Positions 27,052 through 37,080 of a stretch of 64,000 nt of DNA are shown in pieces. The notes under the pieces are model-generated. The model saw only the letters and a program-made list of their open reading frames with translations, was not told the origin of the DNA and ran no database searches. Location: IMG/VR virus record IMGVR_UViG_3300042541_002760. One strand, given 5' to 3'. The DNA is from a virus. The position numbers and the translations under genes were made by a program. How positions within the stretch are numbered: the stretch's first letter is position 1; each line of letters opens with the position of its first letter.

Positions 27052-28722
27052 TTACATAATCTCTTCTGCATCAGAAAGCCAAGATCTATCTCGTCTCTTT
27101 TGTTTAGGTGTTGAGTCAGGTTCACTCGAAAGCATTCTAACGGCTTCGTCCATTTCATCGTCCATGTCGGACAAGAAGCCAAAAGGAGTCAGATCTTCTT
27201 CTAGTTTTTTAAGTTTTTCCTCAAACAATTGCTTACGGACATCCAAATTGACCAATTCTTTAAAGTAGTCCTGTGTAGTGAGCCATCCAAACATAACCAA
27301 GCATGCCATCAGGTCATCGTTATAGCCCTCAGAAGCCTCATAGGAGCCACCTTTCACAACATAGGTGCTTAGTTCGGCAATAAGATCAAAGTCGTTCAGT
27401 ATAAGTTTATCGCCCTCAATCATCTCTTTGATAATTGAGCATCCTGTTCTTTTTACCTGACTGCTAATCTTAATTCCCGATTGAATTCGACCTCCACCAA
27501 AGCCCTCGCCAACTTTTTGTCCTTTTTTGCCCTTGTTTGAAATATTAATAATATTTTCATAGTCCAATTCATCCTTAAGAATATCTGCTACCTGCTGTCC
27601 TGTATCGTTGATTTCGATCATGACATAGGCTTCATTATATTTTTCTGCAATTTTCTTGATCAGATTAGGATATATTGGAATTGGAATTGTATTATTTCGA
27701 TAGGTTGCAACAACCCTATATGGCATAGAAGTCACATCAAGAACAACCATTGCATTGTAGTCCTGTCCAATTGAACGGCTAGAATCGACAGTTGCTGCAT
27801 ATATGTGTCCCCTTATTGGGTGTTCATATACCGAAAGACCGTCATCTGACTCTAGCAAAGGAGTCTGAAATGGAATTCCGACAATCTTGGATGCCTTGAT
27901 AAGTGTTTCTTGCGACCCCAAAAACTCACACTCATATTCCGACATCCATTGCCGCTCGGAAGTATTTCGGATAGTGGATTCTTTGAACTTCTCATCGCGA
28001 CCAGGTACTTGCCACCAATATGCTGCAATAGGGACAAACTCCGATTTCTTATCCTGTGCATTTTTCCACATCTTATAAAACAGATTCAATCCATTCGGAG
28101 TTGATACGATCACAGTCTTCGAAGTAGTTCCCGATGAAATGGTGGGGTATACAGATGAGAAAAACTCTTCTGCGATTTGATCAGGGACGAATGCAAATTC
28201 ATCTAGGAGCAAAAAGTTGTACGAAGAACCACGAACAGCACTTGATGATGTTGATGAGCAAATTACCTTGGATCCATTTTCAAGAGTGACACTTGTCTTA
28301 TTCCATTCGACAATACCCTGTTGTAGCCACTTCGGAAGATTCTCATATGCAATCTTCAATCGATCCATGATTTCAGTTGCTGTCTTTAACTTATTTGCAA
28401 GGATTGCTGCTTTGTAGTTGGCATTGAACAGAATCAAGTGCAGAATGCATGCAATTAAAGTTGTGGTCTTTCCACTCTGTCGAGGAATCTTACAAATCGT
28501 AAATCGATTATCAAATACTGATCGTGCAATCTCTTTTTGAAAGTCATACATGTGAAGGGATACAAGTCCCTCATCAACAGTAACTACTTTGATATAGTTC
28601 TCAATGAAGTGAAGAGGATCTTCGGTGCATCGAATATATTCTGCTAATTGTTCTTTGGTGAACTCTTGCTGAACATATGATCCCTTGAGTAAAGGATTTC
28701 CTAGGTATGCATCTTCATTCAT
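27052..28722 (-). CDS. gp17: terminase large subunit
   Basis: YLGNP.LK, PRQSGKTT, LLDEFAF, STPNG.N.FY, DDL. Confidence 0.99.
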   Translation of the reverse strand: MNEDAYLGNPLLKGSYVQQEFTKEQLAEYIRCTEDPLHFIENYIKVVTVDEGLVSLHMYDFQKEIARSVFDNRFTICKIPRQSGKTTTLIACILHLILFNANYKAAILANKLKTATEIMDRLKIAYENLPKWLQQGIVEWNKTSVTLENGSKVICSSTSSSAVRGSSYNFLLLDEFAFVPDQIAEEFFSSVYPTISSGTTSKTVIVSTPNGLNLFYKMWKNAQDKKSEFVPIAAYWWQVPGRDEKFKESTIRNTSERQWMSEYECEFLGSQETLIKASKIVGIPFQTPLLESDDGLSVYEHPIRGHIYAATVDSSRSIGQDYNAMVVLDVTSMPYRVVATYRNNTIPIPIYPNLIKKIAEKYNEAYVMIEINDTGQQVADILKDELDYENIINISNKGKKGQKVGEGFGGGRIQSGIKISSQVKRTGCSIIKEMIEGDKLILNDFDLIAELSTYVVKGGSYEASEGYNDDLMACLVMFGWLTTQDYFKELVNLDVRKQLFEEKLKKLEEDLTPFGFLSDMDDEMDEAVRMLSSEPDSTPKQKRRDRSWLSDAEEIM

Positions 28723-29161
28723 CTATAATCTCTCCACGATCAACTGCTTTACGCTGCTCACGAATCATCTTTTGCAATTCTGCTGTGCTGCCAACATAGA
28801 TTGAATTATTCGTAACTGATGTTGTTTTGATCTGCTCCTGCTTCTTGATCTCTTTCATTCGGCGATGCAAATCCATCAATTTGTTATTGGCTTCAAGCGA
28901 TGATTGTATAAGTTGGGCTATAACTTCATATGCCCGAGGCTGTTGACTTTCCTGTGCAAGTTCAATGATTCCCTCAATTGCCTCTTGTGATTTTTCAATA
29001 ATGCACTTAAGATTGATACGAACTTCTTTATAGTCTTTGTCTGCATCAGATACAACATACTCACCATCGGTGGGTATTGTCTTAATCGGAACGATAGCAG
29101 TTTCTTCAGGGGTTACATCAATTCCCAATGTTTTTGCGATGTTCATATCAACTTCACTCAT
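28715..29161 (-). CDS. gp16: terminase small subunit
   Basis: D.DY..VR.NL, PRAYEV, NN.IYVGST.ELQK. Confidence 0.93.
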   Translation of the reverse strand: MSEVDMNIAKTLGIDVTPEETAIVPIKTIPTDGEYVVSDADKDYKEVRINLKCIIEKSQEAIEGIIELAQESQQPRAYEVIAQLIQSSLEANNKLMDLHRRMKEIKKQEQIKTTSVTNNSIYVGSTAELQKMIREQRKAVDRGEIIDE

Positions 29162-29172
29162 AATTTACTCTT

Positions 29173-30018
29173 TCATAAAGCCCATGGTGTTTCGGGGTAT
29201 TCTCTAATGACTACATTTGCATGTGTTGCACCTGCTCCTGTCCATCCCGCTGTGAGTGATGGTGCATATCCACCCGCAGTAATACCTGCCGCAGCAGAAA
29301 CGCCAATGTCGGCGAATGGCATAATCGTATTGGTTGGTTTGCCATAATCAGCAATGTTGAAGATATTCACATTCGTATTTGTGATAATCGGTGCAGTCTT
29401 AACAGGGCCATACAGATACATCTTGGATACAAACTGTATAGTCGCAAAATTTATCTTACGAGTGCTATAGTCGCCATATGATCCATCATCCCCTTCGGCT
29501 AATGACACCGATGAAAGAATGATCGGAACATCGACATCGACATCCATACCTTCAATTGCTTTGAGGGTAAACACATATTCAGGCGTAAAATATGGCAATA
29601 TCTGTTCAACGATCTGTAGGCAATCTTCCATTCCCTTGGTCATTACACCAACAGTCATGTTCATGTTGTATGGAACTCGTTCATATCTTCTCTTCAGACT
29701 TCCTCTATCTGCGGGGTTATATCCCACGGTCTGCTGAACACTATTCAACTTCCGAGAAGAGTCATACTGCAATGAATTGATCTCAAAGGACATTCGAGGA
29801 AGATATGTCTCCAATCGAATTTGTGATTGATCAAAATCTGTTCCGATTCGATCTAGGCGGCGTAGGAACTTCTGCTGAGGGCCATATGCAATAGGAACAC
29901 GAATGCGTTCCATCTCATTTCCGTTTTGATCATTACGAACAAGATGTATGTCATTGAATAGGGATGCAAATCCCACAACTACTTTTCGAACAGTACCATG
30001 ATAGAAGTATTCAAGCAT
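29173..30018 (-). CDS. gp15: tail sheath stabilizer/completion protein
   Basis: YFYH..RK..V.F..LFNDI, VPIAYGP..KFL, LPRMSFE, QI.EQILPYF.P. Confidence 0.95.
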   Translation of the reverse strand: MLEYFYHGTVRKVVVGFASLFNDIHLVRNDQNGNEMERIRVPIAYGPQQKFLRRLDRIGTDFDQSQIRLETYLPRMSFEINSLQYDSSRKLNSVQQTVGYNPADRGSLKRRYERVPYNMNMTVGVMTKGMEDCLQIVEQILPYFTPEYVFTLKAIEGMDVDVDVPIILSSVSLAEGDDGSYGDYSTRKINFATIQFVSKMYLYGPVKTAPIITNTNVNIFNIADYGKPTNTIMPFADIGVSAAAGITAGGYAPSLTAGWTGAGATHANVVIREYPETPWAL

Positions 30019-30021
30019 GAC

Positions 30022-30915
30022 TTATGGATCTCCAAACGGATTGCTCTCGTCAAAGTTAAAAATGGTGTCTGCTTCTGTTTGAATTGCTTCATTCTTGGCT
30101 TCATCTAGGATGCCCATCGTGTCATCCTTGCTTGTAATTGGTGCATACAGATTTGCACCCGCCTTTGCTATGTAGGCGGTTGCTCCTTTGTTTGTTTCTT
30201 CGATCCAAGTACCAACAACATTGGATAGAGATATTCGGTACGGATTGCTGATGGAGTCATACGAGTAGACCAACGCCCTCGCAGACGCTCCCGCAGTTGC
30301 GCCTGTAAGTGATCCATTCTCGTATTGATATACGCTGTCGCCTTCTGCAAAAGATCCTGATCCATAAATCCCCCCGAGGTTAAGATTGACTTTGAATCCA
30401 GTTTCGTCATTGATTGCATCGATTTCAGGAATACCCGTATCGAAGGTTTCTTCAGAAAACTGGAAGAGTTCGCATGTTATTTGATATGAATATAGTTTTC
30501 CCAATTGATAAAACGGATTCTCATGCTCTACAAACTTAACCTCAAACAATCCCTTGCTTAGTGGGAAATATAACAAATCTCCTTCGAGTGGTCGCCCAAT
30601 TCCTGTTTCTCTTTTGAATCGCTTCTTGGATACAGTGAATTTGACACTATCGCGAATTTCAAACCCAAATTTTGTAAATGTATCCCCACCCTCAAATGCA
30701 GTGGTGGTATCCATATACATCTCAATCATCTTAAAACTTGTAAATCGAGAGTATTTTGATTCCCCAAACAAATCGTCTCTTTTGACTAGATCTCTAGGAA
30801 TATAGAAGATCTCGTTTCCATAAATCTTAATGGCTTCTACCGTGAGATCCTCGATGAGGTTCTCTTCGGGAAGATATGTCTTTGTATTGACTCTGATGTA
30901 TGGATTGAGTGCCAT
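30022..30915 (-). CDS. gp14: neck protein
   Basis: EAIKIYG...YIPR, RP.EGDL.YFP, FEVKFVEHE.PFYQLG, F.ESNPFG. Confidence 0.95.
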   Translation of the reverse strand: MALNPYIRVNTKTYLPEENLIEDLTVEAIKIYGNEIFYIPRDLVKRDDLFGESKYSRFTSFKMIEMYMDTTTAFEGGDTFTKFGFEIRDSVKFTVSKKRFKRETGIGRPLEGDLLYFPLSKGLFEVKFVEHENPFYQLGKLYSYQITCELFQFSEETFDTGIPEIDAINDETGFKVNLNLGGIYGSGSFAEGDSVYQYENGSLTGATAGASARALVYSYDSISNPYRISLSNVVGTWIEETNKGATAYIAKAGANLYAPITSKDDTMGILDEAKNEAIQTEADTIFNFDESNPFGDP

Positions 30916-30924
30916 TGTATTTCC

Positions 30925-31779
30925 TTATCCCATGATGAAGTCAACAGGAAGTTCGCCCTTAAGGATGATTTCCTTCTCGATCTCTTCTTTTTGTTGCCAT
31001 GAATCTTTCATCATAGACTGCCCATCAAGCGTAATATCACCTGGTAGTTTGATCCCGTTGTACTTGGACAGATTTACTCCCCACTGCCAACGAACAAGAG
31101 CAACAATATATTTCTTCAGCAGCCGATCATTGTAAACTTCGGGATATACCCGAGGATCAAGAATTCGATATGCCTCGATGATGAGGTACATTCCAGCAGT
31201 TAATTGGCGTTTATCCGAATCGAGATACATTCGGTTTGCAACCCGATTGAATCGAATACTCTTATCAGGTGAAAGATATTGCTTGAGCAATTGAAGATAT
31301 TGCTGAGTCATGTCATATTGAACAAGATCAATTGTTCCGAAGGTATATAAATCGTTCAATGCATATTGATACCGAACATCGAACATTCCAACCGATTGCT
31401 GTGAAAATGGAAAAATTCGAGTGACGCTAACGATCAGATTTTGTAACAAAACACTCTCAGGACAGTCAACATCTGTGCTTGTCATCAATGCATCTGCATC
31501 TGCAAATCCACTACCATCTGCGGTTTGTGAAGTTCTATTGTCGGCTACAAATGAAATATATCCATTAGTAATGTCTGCTTCGGACATCCTATATTTCAAA
31601 TATACTTTTTCAACGCCATCAAAGTGGTACTCAGAGAAGAACTGTAGCCCGTCATTCAGACGATCTTCCAGTTGCTCCTCTGCTATGTTTATTTCCACCA
31701 CGGGATGACCGTTTGCCCTGAGAGCGTATTCCTTCAATTCCGCTCGGCTTGAGATCATCGAATTGCTGCAAATCGACAT
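30925..31779 (-). CDS. gp13: neck protein
   Basis: LKEY.LR..G.PV.EIN...EQ..DR, EYHFDG, QWG.NL.KY.GI.LPG. Confidence 0.95.
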   Translation of the reverse strand: MSICSNSMISSRAELKEYALRANGHPVVEINIAEEQLEDRLNDGLQFFSEYHFDGVEKVYLKYRMSEADITNGYISFVADNRTSQTADGSGFADADALMTSTDVDCPESVLLQNLIVSVTRIFPFSQQSVGMFDVRYQYALNDLYTFGTIDLVQYDMTQQYLQLLKQYLSPDKSIRFNRVANRMYLDSDKRQLTAGMYLIIEAYRILDPRVYPEVYNDRLLKKYIVALVRWQWGVNLSKYNGIKLPGDITLDGQSMMKDSWQQKEEIEKEIILKGELPVDFIMG

Positions 31780-32113
31780 TGGTAGTATCCTCCACTGGAT
31801 ATTTAGCCTTTATGTCAAGTTCAGCAAGAGTTCTTACTGCATTAACCTCTGCAATAACCTCAAGGTTTTCAATTTCTATCTGAGACATCAATCTTGAGAA
31901 TTCGGAGATTCGAGTCAAATAGCGATCACATTGAGGACAGTTTCCTGCAATGCTCCAAGATCCATGCTTAGTTCTATAATTTTTACGATTTCCATCATAA
32001 AACATGACAACAAGGTCTTTGGGGTATTGATAAGATGGCTCAAGCATTTTGAATACCTTGAGCGGAATCTTTAATCCATTGAGAAAGATAATGTCTTTAT
32101 CATGCTTGAACAT
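31652..32113 (-). CDS. hypothetical protein (possible fibre assembly chaperone)
   Basis: Starts 2 nt after the fibre gene stop; 3' end overlaps gp13 by 128 nt. Confidence 0.5.
   Translation of the reverse strand: MFKHDKDIIFLNGLKIPLKVFKMLEPSYQYPKDLVVMFYDGNRKNYRTKHGSWSIAGNCPQCDRYLTRISEFSRLMSQIEIENLEVIAEVNAVRTLAELDIKAKYPVEDTTNVDLQQFDDLKPSGIEGIRSQGKRSSRGGNKHSRGATGRSSE
31800..31806 (-). promoter_or_regulatory. T4-type late promoter
   Basis: CTAAATA upstream of GGAGG RBS of gp13. Confidence 0.55.
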
Positions 32114-32115
32114 TA

Positions 32116-35100
32116 TTATATCGGCAACTGTTGTGCATCACCTCTGAAGGTATCGGACAGCCCTGCGGCATCTGTCATTGGTGAGAATGCTGTATTGGTA
32201 TATGACAGTGTAAACTTAGAATTTAATCCCTGTACTCTTCCAGTTCCTTGCAATTTTGGAGTGGATATCAAAGTAACAGGATCATTAGCCGATATTCCAA
32301 CTGCCCCATACATATCGGGCGTATCCACATTTGAATTGATTGCCAAAATTGCAAACTTATTAAGTTCGGTAGAATTTACTATACTAGTATCACCTCCCTT
32401 AAAAAATCCTGTATCACTGAGAATTCGAGTAAATGGTCTGATTTTTACATTTGAATTCGTTGCAAGAATACCAGGGCCGATGATATCGGTACTGCCAATA
32501 ACGGCAGAAGTATTGGCAATTGAGATCGGGGATCGATTTCCCTTGATGTGTGTCTTACCAATATTCGTCAGATCATGAGAGATACTCAAAGATCCCGCAC
32601 CTTCTGTGATGATTGGGAATGAGCAACGCGAGAAGATACTTCCTGCAACATCAGCATTTGCACCCGAATCTGCTGCAAATCCATAATAGGATCCAGATAC
32701 ACTGCAATGCCCAAGACGGATAGTTCCACCGTTATATGCATGTGCTGCAACAGGATAGTCCAAGAACATACATCCACGAGCCTTGATAGTTCCACCATCA
32801 GTCTGCAATGCTACGGTATTACCATATGAACCGCCTGAGATATATGGAGTCATACTTATATCATTGAGTGCAGCAGTAGTCGAATGGTTGATGAATGCAA
32901 TTCCATCCGATGCAACACCACCAACTGTCCAATCGCCAACAAAGGTATTTGTATTGCGAGTTGTAAACAATGCTCCCGATGGTGAGGTGGTGTGAACAGT
33001 GACTCGATATATGTCAACGGCATTGATATAGTTTGTAAATGTTTTGTTGAGCAGATTCGAGAATACCTGACCGCCTTCGTTATTAACCTTCAGACTGAAA
33101 TACTGACCGCTGATCCCAACAACCTCATGACCACCAATCAACATATTCATCACGCCACCTGTACCGCTTGTAATGCCGTCAAATCCAGATGATACGCCAT
33201 TGGAAGAGGTTACACCCGAAACAAGCGAAAGAGGCGGTAGGAACCGAATGCCACACCCTATGGCAGCAAGCATCGATTGTCCCGTACCGATATTCACCTG
33301 CAAGGTAAATTGTGTGTTACTAGTTGCTCCAAGCGGGGTATAGACAGGGAGGAAAGATATTCCCTTTACAGTCTGTGTAACTATACTATTGTTCTCTGCA
33401 CGGATATAGAGATCTCTACTGATATAATTGTGCCAAGGTTTTGTAAGTGTATAGACTCCATTGGTCAGCACAATATCAAATGCAGATGCAAATGAAGATG
33501 CCGAATCATTAATGACTGACAAATTAAACACAGAAGAATGACTGATTTCCTCATTTGGATTTGTTGGTGTCGTTAGTGGTTTACCATATGCAAAGGTATA
33601 CTCATTCACCGAATTGGCAGGATCTCGATAGTAGAACGGTGCCTTACTTTCGGGGGCAAGATTTGTTGCCTGAAAGGTATTCATCATATATGCAAAGTCT
33701 GTTGGATACAGTGGATCCATTGACAGTTTTGTCGATAGGAAACTTTCATTCGGATTTCCTACAATGCCATCTTTATAGGAAGAACTTGATGCCGCATATA
33801 CTGTAAATGATGGAAGAACATTACCAGCAGCCTGACATTCACATGAAGGGCCAACAGGGCCTTGACCACCTGGAATGCCATTAGGGCCGCGTGGCCCAAC
33901 AGGACCAACAGGCCCGACTCCACCATCTTCACCATCTGCACCATCACATGCAGTAGTTCCAAAAGTGGTATCACTACAATTGACTCCTGTGTATCCAAAG
34001 ACTACTGCATAACATCCATTCGATTTGGTGTTGCTAACAAGATAAATTCCACATCCTGTATTGCCAAGCCCACCCTGAGATCCTGGTGGGCCAATTTCAA
34101 TTCCTGGCCCCTGAAACTGTCTGTGTCGAATGATCCAATTGACTCCAAGATATGGAGGCATCATTGAAATTGGATCATTATCTGCGGTGAATGATGCTAA
34201 TCGTGCAGTTGCATTTATAATACCTGTACTTTGAACAGTCGTATTGAATGCCAAAACACTTGGACTACCCGCATCGAAATCATCAGCACTGTAAATTATA
34301 TTATCATGATCGGGAATTTCATCAGATGCAAGCAGATGCGTGTCATCTCCACCAATTTCTCCCCGCTTGAGGTCTGTCAATCCCGAAGAGTATCCAACAC
34401 CAAAGACAGTTCGTGCGCGTAGATCAGGAATAAAGAATCGATCAGAAGTACATCCCACTGCTTCATTTGCAGTGAGTGATTGAATTGATATCAATGAAGA
34501 GACAGAAACGCCACTGAAGTTAACGGGGGTTGCACCAGGATATGTACTCTTGAATTGGAATCGAACAGTACTTGAATTTGCGGCAGTCAGACTACCAATT
34601 GCAACATCATTAGTTCCACCCCAACCAATCTTATAATCCTTGTGTGTGTCGCTGTTATATGCACTGAGCAAACTATGAGAAGTTGTTCCTGAATAGTCTT
34701 CATGTCCTTCAGCCGAGAAAGAGATAATAACATCTCGACTGACATTTTCAGCAGGGCCTGTTGTGCTTGTTGCAATGCCTGTTACTTTGTATTTGTCATT
34801 GATTATCGAATACAAAGTCGAATAGTCAACATCGTCAATTGGATTATTTCCCGACTTACGAACTGCTGCACCATCGCAAATACGCCATGTGCTAGGAACA
34901 GTATTAAAAGATCCTGCCCATGGAATAATCGATCCAACAGGAGTGAACAGGGACGCAGTTGTTGGTGCCTGTGGTAGAGAATTGATAACAAAACCACTCT
35001 TAGCAGCCGTTGCAACAAGGACACCCTGAATATATGACGATCCATCATATGGTCGATTCGGGCTTAGATTTCCTAAATTTGTTGGCGATAGGTAATAGAC

Positions 35101-35397
35101 CGTACCTGCGGTGAGTGATGTGGCAGTATCATCTATTGGAAGGGCACCGACAAAATCAATCTCTCCTTGATAGATGACTGTTGCTGTTGTATTTGTAACA
35201 GATTCAACAATACCAACTGTCTGTGCAGTATCTAAGTCATCTGCAATTGCGAGTTGAAATCCTGTTGCACCACCTGTGTAAATGACCACAGATCCTGCCA
35301 CAAACGGATGTCCCACGGGAACATTCCATGTGTTGAGGATTCTGCGACCATCGCCGCCACCACCGCCGCCGACAAGAGGGATTGCACTATATGCCAT
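32116..35397 (-). CDS. tail fibre/spike protein with split tail-collar domain, collagen-like stretch and beta-helix-like C-terminus
   Basis: PVGSIIPWAG..W.ICDG ... FFIPDLRAR; GPVGPVGPRGPNGIPGGQGPVGP; C-terminal repeats. Confidence 0.85.
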   Translation of the reverse strand: MAYSAIPLVGGGGGGDGRRILNTWNVPVGHPFVAGSVVIYTGGATGFQLAIADDLDTAQTVGIVESVTNTTATVIYQGEIDFVGALPIDDTATSLTAGTVYYLSPTNLGNLSPNRPYDGSSYIQGVLVATAAKSGFVINSLPQAPTTASLFTPVGSIIPWAGSFNTVPSTWRICDGAAVRKSGNNPIDDVDYSTLYSIINDKYKVTGIATSTTGPAENVSRDVIISFSAEGHEDYSGTTSHSLLSAYNSDTHKDYKIGWGGTNDVAIGSLTAANSSTVRFQFKSTYPGATPVNFSGVSVSSLISIQSLTANEAVGCTSDRFFIPDLRARTVFGVGYSSGLTDLKRGEIGGDDTHLLASDEIPDHDNIIYSADDFDAGSPSVLAFNTTVQSTGIINATARLASFTADNDPISMMPPYLGVNWIIRHRQFQGPGIEIGPPGSQGGLGNTGCGIYLVSNTKSNGCYAVVFGYTGVNCSDTTFGTTACDGADGEDGGVGPVGPVGPRGPNGIPGGQGPVGPSCECQAAGNVLPSFTVYAASSSSYKDGIVGNPNESFLSTKLSMDPLYPTDFAYMMNTFQATNLAPESKAPFYYRDPANSVNEYTFAYGKPLTTPTNPNEEISHSSVFNLSVINDSASSFASAFDIVLTNGVYTLTKPWHNYISRDLYIRAENNSIVTQTVKGISFLPVYTPLGATSNTQFTLQVNIGTGQSMLAAIGCGIRFLPPLSLVSGVTSSNGVSSGFDGITSGTGGVMNMLIGGHEVVGISGQYFSLKVNNEGGQVFSNLLNKTFTNYINAVDIYRVTVHTTSPSGALFTTRNTNTFVGDWTVGGVASDGIAFINHSTTAALNDISMTPYISGGSYGNTVALQTDGGTIKARGCMFLDYPVAAHAYNGGTIRLGHCSVSGSYYGFAADSGANADVAGSIFSRCSFPIITEGAGSLSISHDLTNIGKTHIKGNRSPISIANTSAVIGSTDIIGPGILATNSNVKIRPFTRILSDTGFFKGGDTSIVNSTELNKFAILAINSNVDTPDMYGAVGISANDPVTLISTPKLQGTGRVQGLNSKFTLSYTNTAFSPMTDAAGLSDTFRGDAQQLPI

Positions 35398-35433
35398 TAA
35401 TGGAGTTCCTACCTTTAGTAGTTATGCTTCCAC

Positions 35434-35440
35434 TATTTAG
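35434..35440 (-). promoter_or_regulatory. T4-type late promoter
   Basis: CTAAATA. Confidence 0.6.
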
Positions 35441-35446
35441 CGTAGA

Positions 35447-36655
35447 TCAATTGCCCTCAACGAGTGCATCTGTGGCAAACTTCAAATTCGCTTCGATACG
35501 CTCTTTTTGATCGGCAGGATATTTCCCGTCCTTCAGCAACTGCATGCTTGCAATACGGGATTCTCGGTAGTGTTCCGTCCAAAAGGATGCAATTGAAAAC
35601 TCATCGAGCATTGCCCACTCATAGATTCCTTGTCCTACGAACAGTGCACCTTCGGGATAACGAATCTTTAGCCCTTGCTTGGCGAAGCGGTAGCCCTGAT
35701 CGAAGCGGGAGAATGCACGGCAGAGACGAGCAGCAGCCCAAAGGCTCTCGGCTCTCCACGGAGCCGCCTGATATGCTCTAAAGTACAACTGTAGAATGTT
35801 GTCAACAGGCTTCTCCATGATCTCCATGATTCTACCTGCCTGATACAGGCTATAGAACACTTCCTCGTTCCATCCACCCAAGTCTGCTCTCTTCAAATAC
35901 AATTCAAGAGCCTTCTCCCATTGCTGCGAGTCACGATATGACTGTGCAAGGTAGAAATGGTATCGATTGAAATCTTTTTCTTCTACGGTTCCTGATGCGA
36001 TAGCCTCTTCGAATCGAACAGCATCCTTTTGATACTTTTCAGGATCACTTGATCGTGCCCCATCCTGAATTGGAGTGTTCATGAATCCACGGGCAAAATC
36101 ACGAGTTGCAATTGGCTCATGGCAATCGACATACTCATGAAGAATTCCACGGTAGTAGAATGGCTTCTTATTGCTTGTCATCTGCGGACGGTGATAACGA
36201 GTCTGTCCGAATTGAGCAAAAATATTGTATAGTTCTGCATTGAGGGATTCCTTAAACTTTACAGGATCAAATCCTGGCTCAAACACAAGAATCTCATCTG
36301 CATCGATCATGAATGCATAATCGGTATCTGTCTTCTGTGCAAGTTGAAGTGCTTCGGAACGGTTATGTCCGAAGTTCTGCCATGTGCTCTGATGCAGTTC
36401 ACCCTCGATACCATTGCGATCAAAGAAATCTTTGATCTTCTGCTGTGTACCATCCGTAGAACCTGTGTCTACAATGAGCCATCTGTCGATAAGAGGCAGA
36501 ACAGAAGAAAGACAACGCTCAATAACACGAGCCTCATCCTTTACGATCATGCAGAGCGTAATTGTTTTTACTTTGTTTTGATTGCTCGGGGCAATTGCTG
36601 TTTGTGGAATTGCAACGGGAGCGGTAGCAGTATCGATTGTCATTGTTTCACTCAT
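35447..36655 (-). CDS. GT2 glycosyltransferase with C-terminal TPR repeats
   Basis: TLCMIVKDE..VI.RCL.SV, IVDTGSTDGT, NFG.NR, IDADE, LHE; TPR helices FYLAQSY; start revised to MSETMT (GGAG RBS). Confidence 0.93.
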   Translation of the reverse strand: MSETMTIDTATAPVAIPQTAIAPSNQNKVKTITLCMIVKDEARVIERCLSSVLPLIDRWLIVDTGSTDGTQQKIKDFFDRNGIEGELHQSTWQNFGHNRSEALQLAQKTDTDYAFMIDADEILVFEPGFDPVKFKESLNAELYNIFAQFGQTRYHRPQMTSNKKPFYYRGILHEYVDCHEPIATRDFARGFMNTPIQDGARSSDPEKYQKDAVRFEEAIASGTVEEKDFNRYHFYLAQSYRDSQQWEKALELYLKRADLGGWNEEVFYSLYQAGRIMEIMEKPVDNILQLYFRAYQAAPWRAESLWAAARLCRAFSRFDQGYRFAKQGLKIRYPEGALFVGQGIYEWAMLDEFSIASFWTEHYRESRIASMQLLKDGKYPADQKERIEANLKFATDALVEGN

Positions 36656-36687
36656 ATCAATCTCCATAATAAACGGGGTGTGTGATG

Positions 36688-36694
36688 TATTTAG
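36688..36694 (-). promoter_or_regulatory. T4-type late promoter
   Basis: CTAAATA upstream of glycosyltransferase. Confidence 0.6.
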
Positions 36695-36722
36695 GTGAAT
36701 GATATCCACTCACCTTTGGATG

Positions 36723-37064
36723 TCAAGGAATTTTTGTGATTTCTGGATAAACCGTAATCATTCCCTGAACCAATCTTTGGACATTTACACTGCCATTTGA
36801 ATGCAATTCCAAATCATAGAAATAAACTCCTGCTTTTACAGCAGCCGATGCAGTTGCACCCAAAGAAACATTTATATTTCCTGTAGATCCTGTGATCGAT
36901 GTAGTTAGGGTTATTGCAGATGAAGAAGTATAAAATTTTCTCATCTGTGCATATGCAGTATGTCCCGAAGAAATATCAGTTGCAGTACCCCCATCTCCTT
37001 TCACCATATGGGAGAAAGAGAAGTTTGTACCCTGATCCATGTCTCTGTTGATTGTTTGTGCCAT
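36723..37064 (-). CDS. conserved small virion protein (BppU N-terminal/Ig-like)
   Basis: DQG..F, AQMRK.Y.SS, G.Y.YD.E, R.VQG..TV.P.IT pattern common in T4-like phages. Confidence 0.75.
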   Translation of the reverse strand: MAQTINRDMDQGTNFSFSHMVKGDGGTATDISSGHTAYAQMRKFYTSSSAITLTTSITGSTGNINVSLGATASAAVKAGVYFYDLELHSNGSVNVQRLVQGMITVYPEITKIP

Positions 37065-37070
37065 TAGTGG

Positions 37071-37077
37071 TATTTAT
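37071..37077 (-). promoter_or_regulatory. T4-type late promoter
   Basis: ATAAATA. Confidence 0.6.
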
Positions 37078-37080
37078 TCG

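Noticed and set aside
17192-28722. Introns/inteins or homing endonucleases in gp23, gp20, gp18, gp17
   Set aside because: Genes are uninterrupted and of ordinary length; no intein or LAGLIDADG/HNH motifs seen
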